Assembly (NCBI GenBank): GCA_032249315.1
Contig: JAVVGB010000002.1
Coordinates: forward strand, 1 to 59,764
Direction of reading: 5' to 3'
DNA: 59,764 nucleotides
Origin: Thermoproteota archaeon
GTDB lineage: Archaea; Thermoproteota; Thermoprotei; Gearchaeales; Gearchaeaceae
Shown: positions 18,496 to 29,200 of the stretch, piece by piece
How positions within the stretch are numbered: position 1 is the stretch's first letter
Layout: each line of letters starts with the position of its first letter
Program-made: the position numbers and the translations under genes
The notes under the pieces: model-generated
Database searches by the model: none
Seen by the model: only the letters and a program-made list of their open reading frames with translations
What the model was told of the DNA's origin: nothing

Positions 18496-19995
18496 ATGTT
18501 AACTTTAGAGGAAATGAACATAATTGAAGAAAATGCTGAAGAATTAGGCGTATCAAGAAGGTTAATGATGGAAAATGCTGGAGCAAATATAGCTAATTAT
18601 TTGAAAAATTTAAACCTTATAAAAAAAGTCGTAATATTCGCAGGAACTGGAAACAAAGCAGGAGATGGCTTTGTTGCAGCAAGACATATAGCTTCTCTTG
18701 GAGGAAAAGTAACAATTATATTGTCACATAGAGAAGAAGATATAAAAACTGAAGAAGCAAAGGAGAACTTTAAAATTTTAAAGAAAATGGATAGAAGCAT
18801 AGAAATTCTTTCAGCAACTAACTTAAGCGATGAAGAAATTAGAGAAATAATTAAAAATGCTAATGTAATAATCGATGCGTTAATTGGAACAGGAATTAAA
18901 GGAAGATTGAGACCAGAAATATCAAGATTGGTAAAGATAATAAATGAAGCAGATTGTTTTAAATTATCGATAGATATACCTACAGGAGTTGATCCTACTA
19001 CAGGAGATTTCTCAGAATATGTCAAATGTGATGTTGTTATTACAATGCATAAAATGAAAAAAGGACTTGCAAAATTCGCTGACAAAATGAAGATTATCGA
19101 AGCTAACATAGGCATTCCGCCTGAAGCTGAAATATATGCAGGTATAGGTGATGCAAAAGTTATATTTAAAAAAAGAAATCCTTATTCAAGAAAAGGTGAA
19201 AATGGTGTTGTTTTAATAATTGGAGGTTCAAAAATTTATCATGGCGCTCCTACATTTAGTGCTTTGGCTGCATCAAGAAGTGGCGTTGATTTAGTATACT
19301 TAGCTGTACCTGAAAAGATTGCAAATCCTATAAGAGCAATTGCACCAGAATTAATAGTTATACCTTATGAAGAAGAAAGATTAACTAAAAATTCTGTTAA
19401 TTCGTTTAAAAAATTCATAGAGAAATCTGATGTTATAGCTATTGGCCCTGGATTAGGACAAGAAGTAGAAGAAGGAGTAGAAGAAGTATTTAAATTAGCA
19501 AAAGAATTAAACAAATATTTAGTTGTGGATGCAGATGCTCTTAAAACAGAAGTCGCAAAAAAGCCTAATGGTATTAAAGCAATATATACTCCTCATGCAG
19601 GAGAGTTTAAAATTTTAACAGGAAAAGATTTGCCATTCTATAATAAAATTGAAGAAAGAAGTCTTATAGTTAAGGAAGAAAGTAAAAAGTTAGGAATAGT
19701 AATTTTGTTAAAAGGTCATATAGACATAATAAGTGATGGTGAAAGAGTAAAATTGAATAAAACAGGTACTCAAGCTATGACTGTTGGAGGAACTGGAGAT
19801 GTTCTTACTGGTTTATGTGCAGCTTTGTTGGCGAAAAGTAAAAGATTATTTGAAAGCGCTGTTGCTGCAGCTTACATAAACGGTAAAGCTGGAGAAATGG
19901 CTACCGAAGAATATGGAAACCAAATTATTGCAAAGGATTTAATTAAATACATTCCAAAAATAATTAAGAACTTAGATCCGACATATTCATCTTAA
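18496..19995 (+). CDS. nnr: bifunctional NAD(P)H-hydrate repair enzyme (epimerase + ADP-dependent dehydratase)
   Basis: 499 aa. YjeF_N-like half (VVIFAGTGNKAGDG) and YjeF_C-like half (GPGLG, TPHAGEF, GGTGDVLTG). Confidence 0.88.
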   Translation: MLTLEEMNIIEENAEELGVSRRLMMENAGANIANYLKNLNLIKKVVIFAGTGNKAGDGFVAARHIASLGGKVTIILSHREEDIKTEEAKENFKILKKMDRSIEILSATNLSDEEIREIIKNANVIIDALIGTGIKGRLRPEISRLVKIINEADCFKLSIDIPTGVDPTTGDFSEYVKCDVVITMHKMKKGLAKFADKMKIIEANIGIPPEAEIYAGIGDAKVIFKKRNPYSRKGENGVVLIIGGSKIYHGAPTFSALAASRSGVDLVYLAVPEKIANPIRAIAPELIVIPYEEERLTKNSVNSFKKFIEKSDVIAIGPGLGQEVEEGVEEVFKLAKELNKYLVVDADALKTEVAKKPNGIKAIYTPHAGEFKILTGKDLPFYNKIEERSLIVKEESKKLGIVILLKGHIDIISDGERVKLNKTGTQAMTVGGTGDVLTGLCAALLAKSKRLFESAVAAAYINGKAGEMATEEYGNQIIAKDLIKYIPKIIKNLDPTYSS

Positions 19996-20125
19996 AGCTA
20001 ATTTTAGCATTGCTTAAATAAAAGAATAATTTTTAATAAAGAAAATTTTAAAAATATTTAAATATTTCGGTTTTTAAATAATCTATATAGGAAAAATTTA
20101 AAAATATAAAAGATATTAATACTTG

Positions 20126-20356
20126 ATGAGCAGAAAAGGGTATCCTTTTCGTGATGATATTGAAAAAGCAATTTTAGAAGTTATTAATTCAGAAAAATAT
20201 AAGAAAAAGAAAATATTGCCTTTTGAATTATGCAAAGACGTAAGTAAAAAATTAGAGAAACGTGGTTTTTATACAGGACATGTTAACGTAAAAAGAGTAT
20301 GGAAAATATTCGTGGACATGATTAAGAGGGAAAAGATCAAATCTGAATCTTCTTAA
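20126..20356 (+). CDS. hypothetical small basic protein (76 aa)
   Basis: From the ORF track, started at the ATG at 20126 (the track begins at TTG 20123). Its 3' end overlaps the convergent gene by 20 nt. Confidence 0.35.
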   Translation: MSRKGYPFRDDIEKAILEVINSEKYKKKKILPFELCKDVSKKLEKRGFYTGHVNVKRVWKIFVDMIKREKIKSESS

Positions 20357-21515
20357 GCTGTTCTAAAACATATTTTTTTATTTCTTGATCACTTTTTATT
20401 TCTTCTATTAATTTTCCATTTTCTATATACTTTTTTAATAAAGGAAACATTTCTCCTCCACATATTCCACATTTTTCAGGTTTTGGCGAATTGAATAAAA
20501 GTATTACATCATTAAAACAATTTTTACAACGATATACCTGCTTTCTCCCAGGCATTTTACCTCTTTTTGAATAAGGTTTTCCTTCTTTTTCAACTATATC
20601 AAAAGCTAAGTCTATTGATGGTGGAAAAGCAATGGCTGTACCTATTCCGTAGATATCCACCAAGTCCCTTGTATTTATAATTGTTTCCTCGTCAACTCCA
20701 CTACTAAGAACTATCTTAACGTGTTTTAAACCATTCATGTCTAAGATCCATCTAATTTCTTGTAATATTTTTCTTATGTCTCCTTTCCTTGAACTAGGTG
20801 TATCAATTCTAACACCGTATAATCTTTCACCTAATGTTTTGCTAGCCAACCAAACTTCTGTTCTTTCATCATATATTGTATCACATAGCATTATCCTTGG
20901 AACTTCTTTAGGTAACACTTCATCAAAGGCAAGCCATGCTTCTTTAACATCATCAAAGATCAAAGTTAGTTCATGGGGCATTGTTCCAACAGGATTTATT
21001 CCTAAAAGTTCAGCCCCTAAAACACCTGATACCGCATCACAGCCACCAATAAAAGATGCTCTATCAGCCATAGGAGCTATTGCTGGATGAATAGACCTTA
21101 TTCCAAAGAAAACTAACATCTTGTCCATAGCTAATTTTTTACATCTGGCAGCTTTGGTAGCTATACTTGTATTATGTCTTAATATTCCATCTATTACGGG
21201 TTCGTAAATTCCAAATTCTGAATAAGGCCCTGTTATACTTAATACAGGCTCATATAACCTAAAAATTGTTCCTTCATCCATAGCATAAACATCAACTTTC
21301 TTTCCTAAAAACAAATTGATTACTTCTTTTAGTCCACAAAAAACAGCCCAGTTATAATTTTTAGGAAAATTGTATGCATGAACATCCATAGTTACATTCG
21401 TTTCTAGTTTATTTTTTTCTTTAAGTATCAAATAAGTTCTAGGATAATAAACATCTGTTACTTTTCCGCTTAGTATCTCTTCATCTGTTGCTATATAAAA
21501 TTTTCTTCGATGCAT
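20337..21515 (-). CDS. nicotinate phosphoribosyltransferase (archaeal type with C-terminal zinc knuckle)
   Basis: 392 aa. Type II PRTase-like core (GTMPHELTLIF, RIDTPSSRKG) and a C-terminal CKNC...CGIC motif. Confidence 0.8.
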   Translation of the reverse strand: MHRRKFYIATDEEILSGKVTDVYYPRTYLILKEKNKLETNVTMDVHAYNFPKNYNWAVFCGLKEVINLFLGKKVDVYAMDEGTIFRLYEPVLSITGPYSEFGIYEPVIDGILRHNTSIATKAARCKKLAMDKMLVFFGIRSIHPAIAPMADRASFIGGCDAVSGVLGAELLGINPVGTMPHELTLIFDDVKEAWLAFDEVLPKEVPRIMLCDTIYDERTEVWLASKTLGERLYGVRIDTPSSRKGDIRKILQEIRWILDMNGLKHVKIVLSSGVDEETIINTRDLVDIYGIGTAIAFPPSIDLAFDIVEKEGKPYSKRGKMPGRKQVYRCKNCFNDVILLFNSPKPEKCGICGGEMFPLLKKYIENGKLIEEIKSDQEIKKYVLEQLKKIQI

Positions 21516-21566
21516 ATTTTAAAATAAATATGAAAGTATAAGAATAATAATTTTGATTTATTTTTA

Positions 21567-22769
21567 ATGGATTTTGAATTTTCACAAGAAGAGAAAATAT
21601 TCAAAGATGTAGCAAGAAGATTCTTTGAAAATGAACTAAAACCTATTTATAAAAAAATAGATCAACAAAGTCACATACCTAAAGATTTTATAAAAAAGAT
21701 GGCTGAGCAAGGTTTTTTAGGCATTTTAAATTCACAAAAGTATGGTGGGTCAGAAGCATCTTTTATAAATGCTACAATTGTTGCTGAAGAAATAGGAAGA
21801 AGCGATATAAGTTTAGCTACTGCAGTCTTTTATCTCGTTAATACTGCCTGGGGTTATATATTCGAGAAATACGCTAAGGAAGAAATAAAGGAAGAAATTA
21901 TGCCAAAATTTGTTAAAGGAGAAGCTTTTATTGGAATATGTTCAACAGAGCCTATAGGAGGCTCAGATGTGGCTTCAATTAAAACTACTGCAATTAAAAA
22001 AGAAAATCATTATGTTATAAATGGTGAAAAAATTTACATAAGTGGCGTAAGAGAAATTCTAGAAAATGATGGTGGATTGGTTACTTTAGTTAAAACAAAT
22101 CCTGAATTAAAACATAAAGGAATTTCTTTATTCTTCTTACCCATTAAAGGAATGAAAAATGTAGAAGTTAGTTATCTAGAAAATATGGGTAGAACAGGAA
22201 TTTCTACTGCGTTACTAAGATTCAAAGAAAGCGAAATAGAAGAAAAGTATCTTCTAGGTAATTTAAATGAGGGATTTTATTATGCAATGGAAGGTTTTAC
22301 ATTAGCAAGAATTTTAGTAGCAGCTTCATGCTTAGGTATGGCTGAAAGTATTCTCGAACAAGGAATAGAATTTATTAAAAACAGAATAGCCTTTGGAAAA
22401 CCTATAGCAAAATATGAAGGTATACAATTTCCTTTAACTGAATTATATACAATGATCGAGGCTTCAAAATTATTAGTTTATAAAGCAGCATGGCTTGTCG
22501 ATAAATTTATGAAAAAAGAAACAGAATGGAAAGAGGTTGTGAAATTTTCAGCGATGAGCAAAATGCTTTTACCTCAACTAGCTTTAAATACTGTTTTAGA
22601 AGTAATGAAATGGCATGGTGCATTAGGTTATACCAAAGAGCTTGGATTAGAAATAGGTTTAAGGGGTGTTCTTTCATATTATTTAGGAGCGGAAGGAACT
22701 ACAAATATAATGAAAATAATTATAGGAAGAGAGATCTTAGGAAAAGAATTTATTCCTTATAAAGACTAA
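21567..22769 (+). CDS. acd: acyl-CoA dehydrogenase
   Basis: 400 aa. Contains CSTEPIGGSDVAS. The C-terminal YLGAEGTTNIMKIIIGREIL carries the catalytic Glu in the YxGT-like position. Confidence 0.88.
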   Translation: MDFEFSQEEKIFKDVARRFFENELKPIYKKIDQQSHIPKDFIKKMAEQGFLGILNSQKYGGSEASFINATIVAEEIGRSDISLATAVFYLVNTAWGYIFEKYAKEEIKEEIMPKFVKGEAFIGICSTEPIGGSDVASIKTTAIKKENHYVINGEKIYISGVREILENDGGLVTLVKTNPELKHKGISLFFLPIKGMKNVEVSYLENMGRTGISTALLRFKESEIEEKYLLGNLNEGFYYAMEGFTLARILVAASCLGMAESILEQGIEFIKNRIAFGKPIAKYEGIQFPLTELYTMIEASKLLVYKAAWLVDKFMKKETEWKEVVKFSAMSKMLLPQLALNTVLEVMKWHGALGYTKELGLEIGLRGVLSYYLGAEGTTNIMKIIIGREILGKEFIPYKD

Positions 22770-23707
22770 ACTTTCTTTTTTGCTTCTAATTCTTTAATTA
22801 ATGCATCTAATAATTTATTAGGATTAGCTAAAACTACATAATGGCTAAAATTATTTACTTCATTTTCTGGATTTGAAGTAATAGTTATAACATTTTTCGT
22901 ATTGATTAAAGGAGCGATAAAATCTAGAATTTCGTTTACACCAAAATTAATTATTAAATCAAAAGAAGAATTAACGCATGAAAAACCGATCCATTCTTTA
23001 AACCACCCATTTTTTATTAAAGCGAATTTATTACTTGTTAATTTCCCATTCAAAATTTTTGCAAGAATCTCAAATTTTGGTAACAATTCTTTGTCTCTTA
23101 TCTCTTCTCCTATAGCTATAATAACTTTAGAGTTTTTCAGCTCATCAAATTTTGTTTCATGTTTAACGATATCACGAATCAAGACTCTAGAAATATTTAC
23201 TTTAACCATGTTTTCTTCAATCTCTTTAGCCTTTCCCTCAACAATATCATACTTTTCTTCAGGAATTAATGATATAATAGCAGGTAATTGCGCTTCATAT
23301 TCTAATATGAAAAGTCCTTCGTATGAATACTTTTTAGCTAATAGCTTATTTTCAAATATGTTAAAGTCCAAGCAGTAATTTAAAAATGGTATATCTAATT
23401 TTGAAGCTAGCCTTGCACAAACTTCAACGTCATTTTTTAAAGAAGTTGTTATTATTAAGTCAGGTTTATTTTTCTTAAAATACTCAGCTAATCCTAGTTC
23501 AAAAGCTTCATAGTCATATTTCATAAAAAGAAGATTTGTTAGAAGAACAAGCTTTTTAATATTGTGTTTTGAAATGTTTTCTATATCTTCTTTGTTATAA
23601 TAATAATTAAAAACAACGCAATGAATTTCAGCATCGTTAAATTTATTTGCTTTTGCTATAAGATACTTTAGCCTTTCCTTATAGGAGGAGAAACAAGCTA
23701 TCTTCAT
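22766..23707 (-). CDS. electron transfer flavoprotein alpha-subunit-like protein (divergent, FAD signature eroded)
   Basis: 313 aa. It is collinear with ETF-alpha, including the GW...IG segment, but the GISGAIQH-type signature reads GVNEILDF. ATGA overlap with the upstream ETF-beta-like gene. Confidence 0.6.
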   Translation of the reverse strand: MKIACFSSYKERLKYLIAKANKFNDAEIHCVVFNYYYNKEDIENISKHNIKKLVLLTNLLFMKYDYEAFELGLAEYFKKNKPDLIITTSLKNDVEVCARLASKLDIPFLNYCLDFNIFENKLLAKKYSYEGLFILEYEAQLPAIISLIPEEKYDIVEGKAKEIEENMVKVNISRVLIRDIVKHETKFDELKNSKVIIAIGEEIRDKELLPKFEILAKILNGKLTSNKFALIKNGWFKEWIGFSCVNSSFDLIINFGVNEILDFIAPLINTKNVITITSNPENEVNNFSHYVVLANPNKLLDALIKELEAKKKV

Positions 23708-24447
23708 CTTATTTTATTAATAATATTAGCCAACTTAGCTGCTATTTCTTTATAATTTTGCCCGAGAATTATTTGCGCATTTCTTTGCTCAACAACAATA
23801 CGCTTTCCTGTTAATTTAACTTTAGGTTTCAGTTCTTCAGGTTTCAAACCCAGAAATTTAGAATCCCAAATAAGCAAAGATTTCTTGCTAGAGATGGTAA
23901 ATTTATATTTTGAGAAATCTGTTATAATAGGTTCCAGAGCTACCACTACAGGCATTCTCACTTCGTTATAAATTATCTCGTTATTAGTAAACGTCTCAGA
24001 AACAACTTTGCTATCTTCAACCCAAAATCTCCGCACTCCATATAAATGGGGCAAATTTAATTTTTCAGCTACAAACAAGCTTAGTATACCATCTGTATCA
24101 TCTGGGGAATATTGGCCAAATAAAATTATATCTAAAGATTTTGGTGCTTTCTTGATGATTGCTGAGATTAATTTAGATTTAGCAATAGTATCCAAATCCT
24201 TAAACAAAGCATCATGAGCTACAATTAAATTATCTACTCCCCATTCATATACTTGTTTAAGAATTTCAATATCTTCTTTTTCTTCACATATGCTTATCAC
24301 AAAAGTTTCTCCACCAAACTTTCTAATCAATAAATATGCTACTATTATTCCCCTTAGATCATAAGGATTAATAACTTTCTCTTGTTTTAACATTCCGTCT
24401 TTAAAATTAAGTTTTTTAATAATTTTTACTAAGACAGCTATCCTCAT
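23704..24447 (-). CDS. electron transfer flavoprotein beta-subunit-like protein
   Basis: 247 aa. The N-terminus MRIAVLVK...INPYDLRG...FGGETFVISI follows the ETF-beta pattern. Confidence 0.65.
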   Translation of the reverse strand: MRIAVLVKIIKKLNFKDGMLKQEKVINPYDLRGIIVAYLLIRKFGGETFVISICEEKEDIEILKQVYEWGVDNLIVAHDALFKDLDTIAKSKLISAIIKKAPKSLDIILFGQYSPDDTDGILSLFVAEKLNLPHLYGVRRFWVEDSKVVSETFTNNEIIYNEVRMPVVVALEPIITDFSKYKFTISSKKSLLIWDSKFLGLKPEELKPKVKLTGKRIVVEQRNAQIILGQNYKEIAAKLANIINKIR

Positions 24448-24507
24448 TGCTTCAATTATTTCTAAATAAAATAATAATAATAAATAGCTTTTTTATTTCT
24501 ATGTTAG

Positions 24508-25356
24508 ATGAAGATTACAAATTTGTTTGCTCCTTTAGTAAAAAGATGGATAGGTGGTTCTTCTATAATTGACGCTATTAACTCAGCGAGGTATGCCAAT
24601 GAAAAAGGTATGGGTGTTATTTTAAATTATTTAGGTGAAGATATCAAGAATATAGATAAAGTTGAAAGAAATTTAAAAGAATACATTGCGTTATTAAAAT
24701 TTATTAAAAAATATAATTTAGATTCATCAATTTCTGTAAAATTAACTCAACTTGGATTGTATATAAATGAAAAAATATGTGAAGATAAATTAAGTATATT
24801 ATTAAAAGAAGCTAAAAAATATAACATAAAAGTATGGCTAGATATGGAAAGTTCAAGATATACTTCAAAAACTATAGAAATTTACTTGAAAAGTTTAGAT
24901 GTTTACAAAAATTTAGGAATAGCTATTCAAGCTTATTTAAAAAGAAGTCTAAGCGATGTAAATAAAATCCTAAAACATGAAGGAGAAATAAGGTTAGTTA
25001 AAGGAGCCTATAATGAGCCAGAATCAATAGCATATAAGAAAAAAAGTGAAATAAACAAAAATTTTTTAAAGCTGATGGAAATTCTTTATAAGAATTCCAA
25101 TAAATTTACTATAGCTACACATGATGAAAAACTAATATATGAAAGTATTAAATTGAGCAAAATATATGCAAAAAATCCTACTTATGCATTTTTAAGAGGT
25201 GTAAGAAATGATATAAAAAGATATTTATTGAATTACAAACTTAGAGTAGAAGAATATATTCCCTATGGTGAAGAATGGATTGGATACATTTACAGAAGAA
25301 TGAGGGAGAAAAAATCAAACGTATTATTAGTCTTAACTTCTCTCTTTACAAAATGA
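24508..25356 (+). CDS. proline dehydrogenase family protein
   Basis: 282 aa. Motifs: ILNYLGE, VKLTQLG, IRLVKGAY, ATHD, YIPYGEEW. Confidence 0.8.
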   Translation: MKITNLFAPLVKRWIGGSSIIDAINSARYANEKGMGVILNYLGEDIKNIDKVERNLKEYIALLKFIKKYNLDSSISVKLTQLGLYINEKICEDKLSILLKEAKKYNIKVWLDMESSRYTSKTIEIYLKSLDVYKNLGIAIQAYLKRSLSDVNKILKHEGEIRLVKGAYNEPESIAYKKKSEINKNFLKLMEILYKNSNKFTIATHDEKLIYESIKLSKIYAKNPTYAFLRGVRNDIKRYLLNYKLRVEEYIPYGEEWIGYIYRRMREKKSNVLLVLTSLFTK

Positions 25357-25359
25357 TTT

Positions 25360-25872
25360 TTATATTTTTAACCTACTTCTACAAGAATTACATATTTTAT
25401 AATCTTTCCTATCTGTATCTAAAATAGAATTACTGAAGAACATTACACAATAAGAATTTTTACAATGTGATAATCCTAGCATATGACCTATTTCATGTAT
25501 AGCTTCTTTTTTACATCTTAATAAAAAAAGTTCTCGATTTGTAGTTTGCAATCTAAAAGTTGAAATTATTGCTATTTTATCTATAGCTAAGCCAAAACAA
25601 AAATTTAAAGGCGAAACATAAATGTCGCCGCTTACAACCAGTAAAGTTAATACATTCTTATTTGATGGATATCTATAATTAAATAAAATCTTTAGCGCAT
25701 CATACTGTTTTCTTAAACTATTATATGCAAAATTGATGTTTAAATTATTATATTCCGTAGAAACATCAAAGCCATATACTTCCTTTATGGCTTCTGTTAT
25801 ACTATTTATTACTTCGATATCATTTATCGAGTAAACTATATTTATAGACGGTTTCATTCCCATGGCAACCAT
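25360..25872 (-). CDS. amzA: archaemetzincin (zinc metallopeptidase)
   Basis: 170 aa. HEIGHMLGLSHC followed by Cys-rich CVMF...CNSC. Confidence 0.85.
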   Translation of the reverse strand: MVAMGMKPSINIVYSINDIEVINSITEAIKEVYGFDVSTEYNNLNINFAYNSLRKQYDALKILFNYRYPSNKNVLTLLVVSGDIYVSPLNFCFGLAIDKIAIISTFRLQTTNRELFLLRCKKEAIHEIGHMLGLSHCKNSYCVMFFSNSILDTDRKDYKICNSCRSRLKI

Positions 25873-26213
25873 GTGCTAATTATATCGCTACTTACACTAT
25901 AATCTTTTATTTCTTTAACATTAATAAACTTCCAACCTTTCCTTTTAAATTTTATAGCTACTATAGCTTCTTTCATTGGATAATATGAAAAAAAGGAAAG
26001 CCAATCATATAAATTAGCAATTTGTTCTTTTGGAATTTTTATTTTTTTACCTTGAGTAAACTTTACTTCAAATACTGCAATTCTATCATTTTTAGTAGCT
26101 ATTACATCTAAAAAACTAGCAGGAATTCTTCTGCTATTCCATCCATATTTTTTAAGTAATTCTACTAGTTCTCTTTCATATTTTTTACCTTTTTCTTTAA
26201 TTTTCACAGTCAA
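25854..26213 (-). CDS. hjc: Holliday junction resolvase Hjc
   Basis: 119 aa. Catalytic pattern KGKKYERELV ... RIPAS..LDVIATK ... VFEVKF (E, D, ExK), as in archaeal Hjc. Confidence 0.8.
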   Translation of the reverse strand: MTVKIKEKGKKYERELVELLKKYGWNSRRIPASFLDVIATKNDRIAVFEVKFTQGKKIKIPKEQIANLYDWLSFFSYYPMKEAIVAIKFKRKGWKFINVKEIKDYSVSSDIISTWLPWE

Positions 26214-26254
26214 ATTTTTTTATTTACAAAATTCTTAATTAGATTTATTACATT

Positions 26255-29200
26255 ATGATAAAGGAATTACCAAAAAATTACGATCCAAACAAAATCGAAG
26301 AAGAAGTCTTCAAACTTTGGGAAACTAATGAAATTTACAAAAAAATAAAAGAAAAGAATAAAGGAAAGGAGAAGTTCTATTTTTTAGACGGCCCTCCTTA
26401 TGTTACAAATCCTATACATGTCGGTACTGCTTGGAATAAAATAATAAAGGATTCTTATTTACGATTTTACAGAATGAAAGGCTATGATGTTTGGGATATT
26501 CCAGGTTATGATATGCATGGATTGCCTATCGAAGTTCAAGTAGAACAAAAGTTAAACTTTAAAACAAAGAAGGATATAGAAAATTACGGTATAGGTAATT
26601 TTATAAATCAATGCCGTGAATATGCTTTAAAAAACCTGAAGATTCAAGAAAATCAGTTTAAAAACCTTGGTGTTTTAATGGATTGGGATCATCCATATAT
26701 GACAATAACCAATGAATATATTGAAGGTGTTTGGTTCTTCATAAAAAAAGCTTACGAAAAAGGATTGCTTTATAAAGGAGTTCAAGTAGTACATTGGTGT
26801 CCTAGATGCGAAACTGTTTTAGCAGGATATGAAGTAACAGATGTATATAGAATAAAAGAAGATCCTTCATTATATGTTAAATTTAAGCTCAAAGATGAAG
26901 ATGCTTACTTATTAGTATGGACTACCACACCATGGACCTTACCTTCAAACGTAGCAGTGTCTGTTAACCCTAATGAAACATACATTTATGCTCTTACACC
27001 GAATAATGAAAAAGTAATCTTAGCAAAGAAAAGAAAAGAAGAAGTTGAAAAAGAAACAGGTATAAAGTTAACTGTTTTAAAAGAAATTTCTGGAAAGGAA
27101 CTCGGTGGAAAAATTTACATTAACCCTCTTTCTGAATATTTAAAAATACAAAGAGAGATCGAACATAAAGTAATACTTAGTGAAGAATATGTAAGTATGT
27201 TGGAAGGTACAGGGTTGGTTCATAACGCTCCAGGACATGGAAAAGAGGATTTCGAGTTAGGTCAAAGGTATAATTTACCTATTTTATCTCCAGTAGATAA
27301 TAATGGTAGATTTACGGAAGAAGTAGAAAGATATAAAGGCTTGTATATTTTTGAGGCAAATGAAAAAATAATTGAAGATTTGGAGAAGCTTAATGCTGTA
27401 TTCTACGTAGGAAAAATATCCCACAGATATCCTCATTGCTGGAGATGCAAGACTCCTTTAATATTGAGATTATCAGAACAATGGTTCATAGATGTTCCTA
27501 AAATTAAAGAAAAATTAATAGAAGAGGCTTTAAAAACAGAATGGGTACCAAACTTTGCTTTAGAAAATAGGTTTTTACCATGGCTTAGAGGAGCCCATGA
27601 ATGGGCTATATCAAGGCAAAGATATTGGGGAATTCCACTTCCGATTTGGATATGTTCTCATTGTAAAAACATTATTGTAATTGGTTCAATACAGGAACTA
27701 ATTGCAAATTCTGTTAATTTACTTGAACCTAAGAAAATTGATTTGCATAGACCTTGGATAGATAATGTTGAAATTAAATGTAATAAATGCGGAAATATAG
27801 CAAAACGAATACCTGATGTATTAGACGTATGGGGTGATTCTGGTGCAGCATCATGGGCAAGTTTAAATTATCCTTCAAAATCTGAAAATTTCGAAAAATT
27901 ATTTCCAGCAGACCTTATAATTGAAGGTTTAGATCAAACAAGAGGATGGTTTTATACATTGTTGGTTACTTCTGTTATAGCTTTTGAAAGAGCTCCTTAT
28001 AAAAGAGTAATAATGCATGGCTGGTCTTTAGATGAAACAGGAAGGGCAATGCATAAAAGTTTAGGAAATGTGATTAATCCAGAGGAAGTCATTCCTAAAT
28101 ACGGTAGAGATGCGTTAAGAGTTTACGAATTAATGAATACTACATGGGAAGATCTAAAGTTTTCTCTTAGGGGGTTACAAGAAGTATTTAAAATGCTTAA
28201 CATAATATGGAATACTTATTATTTTGCTTCTTTATACATGAGTTTAGATAAATTTAATCCATTAGAATTTAAAGATTTCAATTACTTGGAATTAGAAGAT
28301 TTATGGTTACTAGAAAAATTAGAAGCAGTAAAGAAAAATGTTACTGAGAGTTTCGAAAAACTATCCGATTTTATAGGTTTAAAAATATTGTTAGATTTTA
28401 TTCTCAATGATATTAGCAGATGGTATATAAGGATAATAAGAAGGAGAGTCTGGATCGAAAAAGAGGATCCAAGCAAAAATGCAGCATATTATGCATTATT
28501 TAAAGCATTATTTGAAAGTCTAATTTTATTAAGCCCGTATGCACCATTTATAACTGAATATATTTATCAATTCTTTGCAAAAGATCTGTATAAAGCAGAA
28601 AGCATTCATCTTTTATCCTGGCCTTCCTATAAAGAAGCAAATATAAAAATATTGAATGAGATGGAGATAATAAGAGAAATAGTTTCTAGCTCATTTGCTT
28701 TGAGAATGAAAAAAGGAATAAAAGTTAGAAAACCAATAAAAAGAATAATTTTTGCTACAAACAATAAAGAAACAATAGATATAATACAAAGTTATTCGAA
28801 ATTATTAAAAGACCAACTGAACGTTAAAGAATTAGAAATTATGAGTGAAGAAAAGGCAAAAGATGCGTTTATGGTTTATAATATAAAATTAAATTATGCT
28901 AAAGCAGGACCAATTCTTAAAGAAAAAATAAAAGAAGTAGAAAAAGCTATTCAAAGTTCAGATCCAAAGAAAATATTAAAAGAGCTAAAAGAAAAAGGTG
29001 AGGTAGAAATTAATATAAGTTCTGGTTCTGTAAAAATAAATTCTGAAATGCTAAGTGTTACTGAAAATGTTAGAGAAGAGTTTTATTATATTGAAACTAA
29101 ATACGGAATCTTATTTACAGATTTTACTACTACAGTAGAATTGGAAAGTGAAAGTCTAGCCAGAGAAATTATAAGGAGAATACAAGTTATGAGGAAAATT

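Noticed and set aside
18597-19115. Long antisense or alternative-frame ORFs inside confident genes. Examples: 18597-19115 in nnr, 22902-23378 in the ETF-alpha-like gene, 14679-15131 and 15528-15737 in atpA, 15899-17154 in atpB, 20737-21090 in the NaPRTase gene, 22526-22762 in acd, 44175-45586 in the OFOR alpha gene, and several in valS.
   Set aside because: These are shadow ORFs opposite or out of frame with strongly supported coding regions. Their translations are low-complexity (L, S, F and I rich) and carry no motifs.
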